A stretch of 64,000 nucleotides of DNA, taken from NCBI GenBank assembly GCA_015484595.1, contig WFMM01000008.1, positions 288-64,287 of the forward strand. Direction: 5' to 3'. The stretch is from Nitrospirota bacterium (GTDB lineage: Bacteria; Nitrospirota; Thermodesulfovibrionia; Thermodesulfovibrionales; JdFR-85). The notes under the pieces were generated by a model, which ran no database searches, was not told where the DNA came from, and worked only from the letters and a program-made list of their open reading frames with translations. This document shows, piece after piece, positions 46,214 to 56,531 of the stretch. Numbering within the stretch: position 1 is the first letter of the stretch; each line of letters starts with the position of its first letter. Position numbers and translations under genes: made by a program.

Positions 46214-47476
46214 ATGGAGATATTTCTTTTAAAAAACATTGATAACCCTGAGTCTCATCGTATCCAGGTCTATCAACAGACAGGCGGATACGAACAGCTT
46301 AAAAAGGCCCTAAGCATGAAGCCTGAGGACATCATACAGGAGGTAAAGAACTCAGGGCTTCGTGGCCGGGGTGGTGCAGGCTTTCCAACAGGTATGAAGT
46401 GGGACTTTGCCTCCCGTGACCCGAAGCTCCCCAAGTATCTTGTATGTAATGCTGACGAAGGTGAGCCTGGCACCTTTAAGGACCGCCCCATACTTGAGAA
46501 AAACCCCCATCTTTTGATTGAGGGGATGGTTATATCAGCCTATGCACTGAAGGCCGAGAGGGGTTATATCTACCTCAGGGGTGAGTATCCCCACGCAAAG
46601 GTGGTGCTTGAGGAGGCCATAAGGGAGGCATACGAAAGTGGCTTTCTTGGACAGGATATCCTTGGCTCGGGTTTCAGCTTTGACCTTTCGGTTCATCAGG
46701 GAGCAGGTGCCTACATCTGCGGTGAAGAGACAGCCCTTATTGACTCTCTTGAGGGCAGAAGGGGACAGCCTCGCATAAAACCGCCCTTCCCCGTAAATGT
46801 GGGTGCCTGGGGTATGCCCACGGTGGTAAACAATGTGGAGACCCTGTCGAACCTCCCGCTCATCATTAAGATAGGTGCCGAGGAGTATAAAAAGATAGGA
46901 AACCCCGAGTGTCCGGGGCCAAAACTCTACTGTGTAAGTGGCATGGTTGAGCGTCCGGGGGTCTATGAGCTGCCAATGGGCACTACTCTTAAAGAGATTA
47001 TTTATGAGCACTGCGGTGGTATAAAGGGTGGTGGTCAGTTGAAGGCTGTCATCCCTGGCGGTATCTCCACACCGGTGCTTACACCTGATAAGATAGATGT
47101 CCAGATGGATTTTGTGAGTCTTCCGAAGGTAGGCAGCATGCTTGGCTCAGGTGCTGTGATGGTATTTGATGAAAGCGTATGTCTCGTAAGGGTATGCTGG
47201 AGGGCAATCAGGTTTTTTGAGCATGAATCCTGTGGCAAATGCACCCCCTGCCGTGAAGGGGTGGGCTGGATGCGGACCGTGCTTGAGAGGATAGAGTCTG
47301 GTTTTGGCAGAAAGGGTGACATAGAACTGCTTCAGGACATTGCCTCAAACATTACTGGTAAGACCTTCTGTCCGCTGGGTGATGGTGCAGCAGGAGTGGT
47401 GCTTAACTTTATAAGGAATTTTCCTGAGGAGTTTGATTATCATATCCAGAACAAAAAGTGTATGGTTGAGGCATAG
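46214..47476 (+). CDS. nuoF: NADH-quinone oxidoreductase subunit F
   Basis: 420 aa. GLRGRGGAGFPTG (FMN site), NADEGEPGTFKDR, and ESCGKCTPCREG (N3 cluster). Confidence 0.96.
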   Translation: MEIFLLKNIDNPESHRIQVYQQTGGYEQLKKALSMKPEDIIQEVKNSGLRGRGGAGFPTGMKWDFASRDPKLPKYLVCNADEGEPGTFKDRPILEKNPHLLIEGMVISAYALKAERGYIYLRGEYPHAKVVLEEAIREAYESGFLGQDILGSGFSFDLSVHQGAGAYICGEETALIDSLEGRRGQPRIKPPFPVNVGAWGMPTVVNNVETLSNLPLIIKIGAEEYKKIGNPECPGPKLYCVSGMVERPGVYELPMGTTLKEIIYEHCGGIKGGGQLKAVIPGGISTPVLTPDKIDVQMDFVSLPKVGSMLGSGAVMVFDESVCLVRVCWRAIRFFEHESCGKCTPCREGVGWMRTVLERIESGFGRKGDIELLQDIASNITGKTFCPLGDGAAGVVLNFIRNFPEEFDYHIQNKKCMVEA

Positions 47477-47481
47477 AGAGG

Positions 47482-50040
47482 ATGATTAAGCTTACCATAG
47501 ACGGCATAGAGGTGGAGCTTGAAAAGCCCATAACCGTGCTTGAGGCAGCACGGAAGGCAGGTATCAAGATACCAACGCTCTGTTACTTTGAGGGGCTTAA
47601 ACCCTTTGGTGGATGCAGGCTATGCGTAGTGGAGGTGGAGAAGCTTCCAAGGCTTCAGACAGCCTGCACCATGATGGCTGCTGATGGAATGGTGGTTAAG
47701 ACAGAGACCGAAAAGATTAAGGCAGCCCGAAGGGCAATGCTTGAATTTCTTTTAATCAATCATCCCCTTGACTGTCCTGTCTGTGACAAGGCAGGAGAGT
47801 GTGAGCTTCAGGATCTGGTTGCCCGTTACGGACCGGATGCAGGCAGGTTCAGGGAGGGTAAAAGGCGACACCCCGAGAGCTTTGACGACCCCATAATCGT
47901 AAGAAACATGGAGCGCTGCGTGCTCTGCACCCGCTGTATCAGGATGTGTGAGGACCTTCAGGGTGCCTATGCAATTACTGTGACAGGAAGGGGAAGTCAC
48001 TCCTTTGTGGAGCCCTTCTCAGGTGGAAGATACGACTGCGAGTACTGCGGTAACTGTCTTACCGTATGTCCTGTTGGTGCAATCATGTCAAGGCTTCACC
48101 GCCACAGCTACCGTCCGTGGTACATACAGAACAATGTAGAGACCGTATGCGGTTACTGTGGTGTGGGCTGCACCATGATTCTTCAAATGAGGGAGGGCCA
48201 GATCGTTCGCACAATTCCAGAGATGGGCCTTGGGCTTAACAACGGACTGCTCTGTGTGAGGGGAAGGTTTGGATACGACTTTGTCCAGTCTGAGGCAAGG
48301 CTAAGGATGCCCATGATTCGTAAGGATGGTGAACTTCGTGAGGTCTCATGGGCTGAGGCACTGGATTATGTGGCAAAGAGACTGAGGGAGATATCTGAAA
48401 AACATGGTCCTCAGGCAGTTGGAGGCATTGGCTCTTCAAGGTGCACCAACGAAGACAACTACATGCTTCAGCGACTGATGAGGTTTACCATCGGGACAAA
48501 TAACATAGACTCTGCTGCAAGGCTCTATTACGCCCCGGCTCAGAGATTTCTTGAAAGGATATTCGGTCAGGGTATTACGGCAAACCTTATCCCTGGTATC
48601 AAAAACTCCGACGGTGTGCTGATTTTTGGTGGAGACCCCACACAGATAAACCCCATACTGGGGCTACAGATAAGGGCTGCTGGTAGAGAGTCTGCCACTG
48701 TGGTGACCTTTGGAAGGGCAAAGGGGCTTGAGAGGTTTGCCCATTATATGCTGCCCGGTGGTCCTTCGGTGATAGATGCAGTTACAGGGATGATTGTCCA
48801 GGAGCTCAGGGATAAGGTGCAGTTAAGTGGAGAGAATAAATGGCTTGAAGGGGAGATTCAAAAGACCAGGGTTTCAGAGGCAGTTGAGGGAGTTTCTGTT
48901 GACGAGGTGGTTGAAAGGCTTAAGGAGATGACCAATCCGGTGATTATCATTGGGCCCGAGGTCTTACAGTCTCAGAACTCTGACAGGACACTGCTACTTA
49001 TCGCCCAGATAGTGTATCTTCTTAACGGAAGGGTCTTTTTGCTTTCTGACAGACCCAACTATCAGGGCTGTATTGATATGGGAGTGCTGCCTGATATGCT
49101 TCCTGGTGGAAGACCCATCGAGATGTTCAAACACAAGGCAGAAGAGGTGATGGGCAAGGAGGTGCCCACAGAAAGGGGGCTTAACCTCTTTGAGATGATA
49201 GAGGCTGCCAGCGAGGGCAGGCTAAAGGCACTGTATGTAATGGGTGAAAACCCTGTATTCAATCTTCCAGACAGAGAAAGGGTTACCCAAGCACTTAAGG
49301 GCCTTGAGTTCCTGGTGGTTCAGGACATCTTTCTTACAGAGACTGCCCTGATGGCTGATGTGGTGCTTCCTGCAAGGGCCTGGTCTGAAAAGACAGGCAC
49401 CTTCACCAACCTTGAACGCAGGATACAGATGGTAAGGGCAGGTGCTGAGAGTGTAGAGGATATGGGTGACTGGAGAATAATTGCCGAGCTGGCTCAAAGG
49501 CTTGGTGAGGAAAAGCAGTTCAGGTCAGTGGAGGATGTTTGGGAGGAGATAACACATGTGTCCCCCCTTCACACTGCCCTTGATTACGAGGAGATATCAA
49601 AGGGTAATGCCCTCTGGCCATATAACGGTGAGCCACTGAGGGGGGTTGAGGAGGAGGTGGAGATTCAGGGGCTTGATGACATCAAACCACTAAAGGTTGA
49701 AGCAGTATTACAGCCTGACCGTCCCCTTTACCACTCAGGAAGCATGAGCCGTCACTCAAAGGCACTAAAGAGCATTGAGGATGCCCCCAAGGTGGTCATC
49801 GGAGAGGCCCTTTCTGAAAAGCTCTCCCTGAAGGATGGAGACAGGGTAAGGGTAACAACTGAGAGGGGGACTCTAAAGGCAACGGTCAGTATAGACAGCA
49901 CCCTCGGTGACGAAAGGGTCTTTTTGTCAAATACCTTTTCAGAGGGTAACTTTTCATCCCTTGCAACCTACGGTGTAAGCAGGCTTGGCTCCATGAGCCT
50001 TGATGCAAATAAAGTCAGAGTGGAGAAAGAAGAGGCATGA
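47482..50040 (+). CDS. nuoG: NADH-quinone oxidoreductase subunit G (long form with a molybdopterin-like domain)
   Basis: 852 aa. N-terminal 2Fe-2S (CYFEGLKPFGGCRLC), HPLDCPVCDKAGEC, CVLCTRCIRMC, then a molybdopterin-oxidoreductase-like fold. Confidence 0.94.
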   Translation: MIKLTIDGIEVELEKPITVLEAARKAGIKIPTLCYFEGLKPFGGCRLCVVEVEKLPRLQTACTMMAADGMVVKTETEKIKAARRAMLEFLLINHPLDCPVCDKAGECELQDLVARYGPDAGRFREGKRRHPESFDDPIIVRNMERCVLCTRCIRMCEDLQGAYAITVTGRGSHSFVEPFSGGRYDCEYCGNCLTVCPVGAIMSRLHRHSYRPWYIQNNVETVCGYCGVGCTMILQMREGQIVRTIPEMGLGLNNGLLCVRGRFGYDFVQSEARLRMPMIRKDGELREVSWAEALDYVAKRLREISEKHGPQAVGGIGSSRCTNEDNYMLQRLMRFTIGTNNIDSAARLYYAPAQRFLERIFGQGITANLIPGIKNSDGVLIFGGDPTQINPILGLQIRAAGRESATVVTFGRAKGLERFAHYMLPGGPSVIDAVTGMIVQELRDKVQLSGENKWLEGEIQKTRVSEAVEGVSVDEVVERLKEMTNPVIIIGPEVLQSQNSDRTLLLIAQIVYLLNGRVFLLSDRPNYQGCIDMGVLPDMLPGGRPIEMFKHKAEEVMGKEVPTERGLNLFEMIEAASEGRLKALYVMGENPVFNLPDRERVTQALKGLEFLVVQDIFLTETALMADVVLPARAWSEKTGTFTNLERRIQMVRAGAESVEDMGDWRIIAELAQRLGEEKQFRSVEDVWEEITHVSPLHTALDYEEISKGNALWPYNGEPLRGVEEEVEIQGLDDIKPLKVEAVLQPDRPLYHSGSMSRHSKALKSIEDAPKVVIGEALSEKLSLKDGDRVRVTTERGTLKATVSIDSTLGDERVFLSNTFSEGNFSSLATYGVSRLGSMSLDANKVRVEKEEA

Positions 50041-51074
50041 GCATACTTGAGGCCATATTTCAGCCAGGCTGGGTGGATACAGCCCTGAAGGTAGGCATAA
50101 TCGTTGTCAAGATACTCGTATTGATTGCAGTGGTTATGTTTCATGTTGCCTATGCCACTTACTTTGAGAGAAAGGTGATAGGAAGGATGCAGGTAAGGAT
50201 GGGGCCAATGGAGGTAGGCCCTCACGGGCTGCTTCAGCCTATTGCAGACATGCTCAAGCTCTTTTTCAAGGAAGACATCATACCGGAGAAGGCAGACAAA
50301 CCGATATTCTACATTGCTCCGATTATATCCCTTGCATCAGCAATGTCTGCCCTTGCGGTGATACCCTTTTATAAGGACTTCATGGTTGCCAATATAAACA
50401 TAGGGCTTTTGTTTGTGCTTGCCATGAGCTCTCTTGCCTCCTACGGTATCGTGCTTTCAGGATGGGCATCCAACTCAAAGTATGCCTTCCTTGGAGGGCT
50501 CAGGTCTTCAGCACAGGTTATAAGTTACGAGATTGCCCTTGGACTCAGTCTCGTTGGTGTGATGATGATGTCTGGTTCTTTGAACCTTAACGAGATAGTG
50601 AAGGCTCAGGCAGCCTATCCAACGGGTTTTTACGCCATACCACAGATACTTGGATTTTTCGTCTTTGTGGTGGCAGCCATTGCAGAGACCAACAGGGCAC
50701 CCTTTGACCTGCCCGAGGCTGAAAGTGAACTGGTGGCAGGGTACTTTGTTGAGTACAGTGGTATGAGGTTTGCCCTGTTTTATGCAGCAGAGTATATTGG
50801 CATGATACTGATGGGCTGTATTGCATCGGCCTGTTATCTTGGTGGCTGGACAGTACCCTGGTATCTGATAAAGATACTTCCCTTCCTGAAGTATGTGCCA
50901 GGGATTGTCTGGTTCGTAGGAAAGGTATATTTCATAGTCTTTTGCTACTACTGGATAAGGGCAACGCTGCCTCGTTATCGTTACGACCAGTTAATGAGCA
51001 TTGGCTGGAAGCTACTTATACCTCTTGCACTGCTTAACATACTGATTACTGGAATACTGAAGGTAATCTTTTAA
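50037..51074 (+). CDS. nuoH: NADH-quinone oxidoreductase subunit H
   Basis: 345 aa, polytopic. ERKVIGRMQVRMGP, LLQPIADMLKLF, and AETNRAPFDLPEAESELVAGY. Confidence 0.96.
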   Translation: MSILEAIFQPGWVDTALKVGIIVVKILVLIAVVMFHVAYATYFERKVIGRMQVRMGPMEVGPHGLLQPIADMLKLFFKEDIIPEKADKPIFYIAPIISLASAMSALAVIPFYKDFMVANINIGLLFVLAMSSLASYGIVLSGWASNSKYAFLGGLRSSAQVISYEIALGLSLVGVMMMSGSLNLNEIVKAQAAYPTGFYAIPQILGFFVFVVAAIAETNRAPFDLPEAESELVAGYFVEYSGMRFALFYAAEYIGMILMGCIASACYLGGWTVPWYLIKILPFLKYVPGIVWFVGKVYFIVFCYYWIRATLPRYRYDQLMSIGWKLLIPLALLNILITGILKVIF

Positions 51075-51086
51075 AGGACAGAGGAG

Positions 51087-51626
51087 ATGACAGTACAGGA
51101 ACTGGTAAAAAAGGTGTTTTTTGTGGAGATCCTGAAGGGCCTTGCCTTAACCCTTAGCAGGCTCTTTACAAAGCCAGTGACAAGGAGGTATCCAAAGGAA
51201 AAAAGGCCTGCAGCACTTGGCTTCAGGGGGCTACATGCCCTTGTAAGGAATCCTGCCACGGGTGAGGCAAAGTGTGTGGGTTGCGGCCTGTGTGCTGCAA
51301 TCTGTCCGTCAAGATGTATTTACATATACACCAAAGAGGGGCCTGACCACAAAAAGGTGGTAGAGCGTTACGAGATAGAGGTCTTGAGGTGTGTTTACTG
51401 TGCCTTCTGCGTTGAGGCATGCCCCTTTGGTGCAGTGGTTTTAACACCCCATTATGAGTACTCCGATTACTCAAGGGATAACCTCTACATGACAAAGGAA
51501 AAGCTGCTTCAGAACTGGGACAAATACATGGGTGAGGAAGGCTATAACTACTTTGATAAATTCTGGAATCCCAAGGCTGACCACTTCAGGACGCCAAAGG
51601 AACAACCAAAGTGGAGGAAATCATAA
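51087..51626 (+). CDS. nuoI: NADH-quinone oxidoreductase subunit I
   Basis: 179 aa. Two 4Fe-4S motifs, CVGCGLCAAICP and CVYCAFCVEACP. Confidence 0.95.
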   Translation: MTVQELVKKVFFVEILKGLALTLSRLFTKPVTRRYPKEKRPAALGFRGLHALVRNPATGEAKCVGCGLCAAICPSRCIYIYTKEGPDHKKVVERYEIEVLRCVYCAFCVEACPFGAVVLTPHYEYSDYSRDNLYMTKEKLLQNWDKYMGEEGYNYFDKFWNPKADHFRTPKEQPKWRKS

Positions 51627-51627
51627 G

Positions 51628-52137
51628 GTGGTAGAGGCATTCTTTATATACTTTGCTCTGATGGTGGTATTTTGTTCGGTTATGGTGGTTTCAAGGAAAA
51701 ACCCGGTGCACAGTGTGCTCTGGATGCTGGTGATGTTTTTCCATGTGGCAGGGCTTTATCTGATGCTTAATGCCGAGTTTCTTGCTGCCACGCAGATAAT
51801 AGTCTATGCAGGGGCAATACTGGTGCTATTTCTATTTGTCATCATGCTTCTTAACCTCAAAGAGGAGATTGCCACAGAGCACTCTGTAGGAGGTTGGCCT
51901 GGTGGGCTTGCCCTTGCGGTGAGTTTTCTTCTCTTTGCACTGCTTGCCTTTACTGGATTTACTGTAAAGGCAAGCGGCAAGTGGAGCATACAGGAGGTTT
52001 CAAGGCTTACACACACAAAGGCCCTTGGGAAGGTGCTTTATACAGAGTATCTTTTTCCCTTTGAGGTGGCATCTGTAATTCTGCTTGTTGCCATTGTGGG
52101 TGCAGTGGTGCTTGCAAAAAAGAAACTCAAGTCCTGA
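51628..52137 (+). CDS. nuoJ: NADH-quinone oxidoreductase subunit J
   Basis: The track ORF 51532-52137 is trimmed to GTG 51628, which is in frame 1 nt after the nuoI stop with GGAGGAAA about 9 nt upstream. Five TM helices. Contains QIIVYAGAILVLFLFVIMLL. Confidence 0.85.
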   Translation: MVEAFFIYFALMVVFCSVMVVSRKNPVHSVLWMLVMFFHVAGLYLMLNAEFLAATQIIVYAGAILVLFLFVIMLLNLKEEIATEHSVGGWPGGLALAVSFLLFALLAFTGFTVKASGKWSIQEVSRLTHTKALGKVLYTEYLFPFEVASVILLVAIVGAVVLAKKKLKS

Positions 52138-52153
52138 AGGAGGCTTTTAAGGG

Positions 52154-52456
52154 ATGGTTCCACTAAACTGGTACATGTGGCTTGGTGCAGTGGTTTTTTC
52201 AGTGGGAATGTTTGGCTTTCTGACAAGAAGAAATGTAATCATAATGTTTCTTTCCATTGAGTTAATGCTTAACGGCGTGAACATATCACTTGTGGCGCTG
52301 AGTCACTACATGCAGGACCTGAGGGGACAGGTGCTTACGCTTTTCATAATCGCCGTGGCTGCAGCAGAGGCTGCCATCGGGCTTGCCATAGTGATTGCCA
52401 TGTTCAGAAATCGTCAGACCGTGCATGTTGATGAAATAAAGGAGATGAAGGGATAG
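52154..52456 (+). CDS. nuoK: NADH-quinone oxidoreductase subunit K
   Basis: 100 aa, three TM helices. LSIELMLNGVN and AAAEAAIGLAIV. Confidence 0.95.
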   Translation: MVPLNWYMWLGAVVFSVGMFGFLTRRNVIIMFLSIELMLNGVNISLVALSHYMQDLRGQVLTLFIIAVAAAEAAIGLAIVIAMFRNRQTVHVDEIKEMKG

Positions 52457-52460
52457 GGTT

Positions 52461-54386
52461 ATGAAATATTATCTGCTGATACCCTTTTTGCCTCTTGCAG
52501 GCTTTTTGTTAAACATACTGCTTGGAAGGAGGCTCTTCCGCTCACAGGCTCACTGGCCCTCCACGCTTGCGGTGTTTGGCTCCCTGGTGGTGGCAGTGAT
52601 GGTGCTTATGGATGTGTTACATGGGAAAACCCTTAATCATGACCTCTACAGGTGGATAATATCCGATAAGTTCCAGGTCTCTGTTGGTTTTCTCATTGAC
52701 CAACTTACGGCCGTGATGCTTATAGTGGTCACATCGGTGAGCTTTCTTGTGCATGTCTATTCCATTGGCTACATGCACGACGACCCAGGGTATTACAGGT
52801 TTTTTGCCTACCTGAGTCTCTTTACCTTTTCCATGCTCATGCTCGTGATGGCTAACAACTTCCTTCAGCTTTACTTTGGCTGGGAGGCAGTGGGGCTCTG
52901 TTCCTATCTGCTCATAGGGTTCTGGTACGAAAAGAAGTCTGCCTCTGATGCAGGTAAAAAGGCATTTATCGTAAACCGCTTTGGTGATTTCGGGTTTGGC
53001 CTTGGCGTGATTATGATATTCCTCACCCTTGGCACCCTTCATTACATACCGGTCTTTGATAAGATTAACACCCTGACAGGACAGACCATTAACATCCTTG
53101 GTCTTCATGTAAATCTTGTAACCCTCATAGCCCTGCTTCTTTTCTGTGGTGCAGTGGGTAAGTCAGCCCAGATACCACTTCATGTCTGGCTTCCAGATGC
53201 AATGGAAGGCCCAACCCCTGTCAGTGCCCTGATACACGCTGCAACCATGGTCACGGCAGGTGTGTTCATGGTTGCCCGTTGTAACCCCATATTCAACCTC
53301 TCTCATACGGCAATGAATGTGGTGGCAGTGGTCGGTGGAGTTACTGCGCTTTTTGCTGCAACCATTGCACTTGTGCAGAACGACATAAAGAGGGTGATTG
53401 CCTACTCTACAATCAGTCAGCTTGGATACATGTTTTTAGCCTGCGGTGTGGGTGCCTACGGTGCAGGCATATTCCATCTTTACACCCACGCCTACTTCAA
53501 GGCACTACTGTTTCTCTGTGCTGGCTCTGTGATGCATGCCATGGCTGGCGAGCTTGACATGCAGAAGATGGGTGGGCTTAAGAAGTACATGCCTGTTACA
53601 TACTGGACAATGCTGATTGCCTCATTAAGTATTTCAGGCATTCCAGGGCTTGCAGGCTTTTTCAGCAAGGATGAGATCCTCTTCAGGGCCTATGCCTCTG
53701 GTGGGGTTGGCAGGTTTGTCTGGGTTCTGGGCACAGCAGCAGCTATTTTGACTGCCTTTTACTCCTTCAGGCTCATCTTCGTTACCTTCCACGGTGAGTT
53801 CAGGGGGACCGAGGAACAGAGGCATCACCTTCATGAATCCCCAAAGGTGATGACCGTGCCCCTGGTGCTTCTATGCATCGGTGCAGTTGCTGCCGGATGG
53901 GTTGGGGTTCCGCCGCTTCTTGGTGGCTCTGAGCATTTTGCCCATTTTCTTGAGCCAGTGGTGGGGCTTCCCCATGCTAAGGAGGTAAGCCACGCTGAGG
54001 AGTGGATGACCATGGGCATATCGGTGGCAGTGGCGCTGGCTGGCATACTGATAGCAGCAGTATTTTATCTTAAAAACCCTGCCATTCCAAGGCGACTTGC
54101 TGAGAGGTTTCCCTTCCTTTACAGGCTCCTCTGGAACAAATACTATGTGGATGAGCTTTATGACTATATAGTGGTAAGGCCAGCCCTGGGCATTGCAAAC
54201 AATATAATAGTGAAGTTTACTGACGGTGCAATAATAGAGGGTATAGTAAACGGTGTGCCAGCATTTATTGGCTGGCTTGGTGCACAGATGCGTAAGGTTC
54301 AGGACGGTGTGGTGGAGCACTACGCATCCATTATGGCTGTAGGAATCTTTGTGCTTTTGGCAATAGGAATGATATTTTTGATATAG
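52461..54386 (+). CDS. nuoL: NADH-quinone oxidoreductase subunit L
   Basis: 641 aa. Antiporter-like core (GWEAVGLCSYLLIGFW, WLPDAMEGPTPVSALIHAATMV) and a C-terminal lateral helix with a final TM. Confidence 0.96.
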   Translation: MKYYLLIPFLPLAGFLLNILLGRRLFRSQAHWPSTLAVFGSLVVAVMVLMDVLHGKTLNHDLYRWIISDKFQVSVGFLIDQLTAVMLIVVTSVSFLVHVYSIGYMHDDPGYYRFFAYLSLFTFSMLMLVMANNFLQLYFGWEAVGLCSYLLIGFWYEKKSASDAGKKAFIVNRFGDFGFGLGVIMIFLTLGTLHYIPVFDKINTLTGQTINILGLHVNLVTLIALLLFCGAVGKSAQIPLHVWLPDAMEGPTPVSALIHAATMVTAGVFMVARCNPIFNLSHTAMNVVAVVGGVTALFAATIALVQNDIKRVIAYSTISQLGYMFLACGVGAYGAGIFHLYTHAYFKALLFLCAGSVMHAMAGELDMQKMGGLKKYMPVTYWTMLIASLSISGIPGLAGFFSKDEILFRAYASGGVGRFVWVLGTAAAILTAFYSFRLIFVTFHGEFRGTEEQRHHLHESPKVMTVPLVLLCIGAVAAGWVGVPPLLGGSEHFAHFLEPVVGLPHAKEVSHAEEWMTMGISVAVALAGILIAAVFYLKNPAIPRRLAERFPFLYRLLWNKYYVDELYDYIVVRPALGIANNIIVKFTDGAIIEGIVNGVPAFIGWLGAQMRKVQDGVVEHYASIMAVGIFVLLAIGMIFLI

Positions 54387-54392
54387 ATTATT

Positions 54393-54620
54393 ATGGTTGA
54401 AATTATAAAAAGAGATAGAGAGTTTGAAAAAACACTATCAGAGATGTCGATGGAGCAACTGTTGGAGCTTGAAGAAATTATTATGAGGGTGATGAAGAGA
54501 AAACTTAAAAGCAGGAAGATTGATAACTGGAGAAATGATTTTTTAAAAATTTCAACCTGGTCGCACCTCAAAGGTGATAAAGAAGTAAAGGTTGATAAAT
54601 GGGAAATAGAGAAGTTTTAG
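54393..54620 (+). CDS. Putative antitoxin partner of the PIN toxin (family not recognised)
   Basis: 75 aa. Charged helical N-terminus, C-terminal WSHLKGDKEVKVDKWEIEKF. Overlaps the PIN gene by 22 nt. Visibly AT-rich compared with the flanking nuo genes. Confidence 0.55.
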   Translation: MVEIIKRDREFEKTLSEMSMEQLLELEEIIMRVMKRKLKSRKIDNWRNDFLKISTWSHLKGDKEVKVDKWEIEKF

Positions 54621-54988
54621 TTGATACAACTGTCATGATTGAATTTCTTAGAAAGAGGAAAAAAGAAAGAAGTAATTTGTGGAAATTGAAGGAGCAAGAA
54701 ATAAATTGTTTTGCTTCAACAATTACTGTTTTTGAGCTGTACGCTGGTGCAATTACAAAGAGGCATCTTGAGGATTTAAAAAGATTATTTAAATGGGTAG
54801 AGATAGTTTCTTTTTCAGGAGAGATTGCTCAGAGAGCTGCACAAATTTACAGAGATTTAAAGTCAAAAAATCAGATGATAGAGTTTAGAGATATATTTAT
54901 AGGTGCAACTGCACTTGAATTAAAGGTGCCGTTGGTGACTTTAAATAAACAGCATTTTAAAAGAATCAAGGGATTGGAATTGTTTTAA
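54599..54988 (+). CDS. vapC: PIN-domain ribonuclease toxin (VapC family)
   Basis: 129 aa. Conserved acidic residues in the usual positions (LVDTTV, TVFELYAG, FRDIFIGATA) and C-terminal LVTLNKQHF. Confidence 0.85.
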   Translation: MGNREVLVDTTVMIEFLRKRKKERSNLWKLKEQEINCFASTITVFELYAGAITKRHLEDLKRLFKWVEIVSFSGEIAQRAAQIYRDLKSKNQMIEFRDIFIGATALELKVPLVTLNKQHFKRIKGLELF

Positions 54989-55010
54989 AAAATTTTATGC
55001 AGGAGTGGAG

Positions 55011-56531
55011 ATGGAGATAGGATATCCCATACTTTCAACCGTAGTTTTTATGCCCATTGTTGGTGGGCTTCTGCTTATGCTCTTTAGCCGAAAGCAGGAG
55101 ACCCTTATAAAGTTTGTTGCCCTTGCAGTAAGCGTGATAACCTTTGTGCTTTCACTGCCGCTTTTTACAAACTTTGACAAGACCACTCACCAGATGCAGT
55201 TTGTTGAAAGGGCAGACTGGATACCCCAGTGGGGTGTGCAGTATTATCTTGGCGTTGACGGAATTAGCGTGCTATTCATACTTTTGAGCACCCTGATTAC
55301 CATCCTCTGTGTGCTTATCTCCTGGAACTCCATAACCCAGAAGGTAAAGGAGTTTTATATTGCACTGTTACTGATTGAGGGTGCCATGATCGGGGTTTTC
55401 TGCTCACTTGACCTGTTTCTGTTTTACATCTTCTGGGAGGCAATGCTCATTCCCATGTACCTGATAATCGGCGTATGGGGTGGCCCAAGAAGGGTATATG
55501 CAGCCATTAAGTTCTTCCTCTATACGCTGATTGGTAGTGTATTGATGCTCGTTGCAATAGTGGTGCTTTACTTCAAGGGGGGGACCTTCAATATCCTGGA
55601 GCTTTCAAAACTGAGCCTTCCGTACAAACTGCAGCTTATGCTTTTCTGGGCGTTCTGTGCAGCCTTTGCCGTAAAGGTGCCCATGTTTCCGGTGCACACC
55701 TGGCTTCCAGACGCCCACACCGAGGCACCAACAGCAGGCAGTGTAATCCTTGCTGCAATACTTATCAAGATGGGTGCTTACGGCTTTCTGAGGTTTTCAC
55801 TTCCCATGTTTCCTGAGGCTGCAAAGGCAATGACACCATACATGATAGCCCTTTCTGTGATAGCAATTATATATGGCGGTATCGTCTGCCTTGCACAGAC
55901 TGACCTTAAGAGGCTTATTGCATACTCATCGGTTAGTCACATGGGGTTCGTTACCCTTGGCATCTTTGCCCTTAACGCACAGGGACTTGAGGGCGGAATT
56001 CTACAGATGATAAACCACGGTGTGGTAACCGGGGCTCTGTTTCTCTGTGTTGGAATAGTTTACGACCGCACCCATTCACGCCAGATAGCTGACTATGGAG
56101 GGCTGGCAACGGTGATGCCTGTTTATGCAGGGTTTTTCATGCTCTTTACCCTCGCAGCAATAGGTCTTCCAGGGCTTAACGGATTTATCGGAGAGTTCCT
56201 GATAATACTTGGTGGTTTCAAGGCAAAGAAGCTTGCCGGTGTGTTTGCTGCCACGGGGATCATCATAGGTGCAGCCTACATGCTCTGGCTTTACCAGAGG
56301 GTCTTCTTCATGGGTGTAAATGATAAGATAAAGAACCTTGAGCCTATGAGTTTCAGAGAGTTTTTAACCCTTGCTACACTTGCAGTGTTTGTGCTCTGGA
56401 TAGGGATTTATCCTAATACATTTTTAAGCTTCATGCATGTAAGTGTGCAGCATCTTCTTGACAGGGTAAATTACGGTGCCGGTGATTCAATGGTTGCTGT
56501 AAAGACCATCTTAGGAGGACCTATTCCATGA
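55011..56531 (+). CDS. nuoM: NADH-quinone oxidoreductase subunit M
   Basis: The track start GTG 55005 is moved to ATG 55011, which has AGGAG 5 nt upstream. Contains FWEAMLIPMYLIIGVWGG and HTWLPDAHTEAPTAGSVILAAILIKMG. Confidence 0.95.
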   Translation: MEIGYPILSTVVFMPIVGGLLLMLFSRKQETLIKFVALAVSVITFVLSLPLFTNFDKTTHQMQFVERADWIPQWGVQYYLGVDGISVLFILLSTLITILCVLISWNSITQKVKEFYIALLLIEGAMIGVFCSLDLFLFYIFWEAMLIPMYLIIGVWGGPRRVYAAIKFFLYTLIGSVLMLVAIVVLYFKGGTFNILELSKLSLPYKLQLMLFWAFCAAFAVKVPMFPVHTWLPDAHTEAPTAGSVILAAILIKMGAYGFLRFSLPMFPEAAKAMTPYMIALSVIAIIYGGIVCLAQTDLKRLIAYSSVSHMGFVTLGIFALNAQGLEGGILQMINHGVVTGALFLCVGIVYDRTHSRQIADYGGLATVMPVYAGFFMLFTLAAIGLPGLNGFIGEFLIILGGFKAKKLAGVFAATGIIIGAAYMLWLYQRVFFMGVNDKIKNLEPMSFREFLTLATLAVFVLWIGIYPNTFLSFMHVSVQHLLDRVNYGAGDSMVAVKTILGGPIP

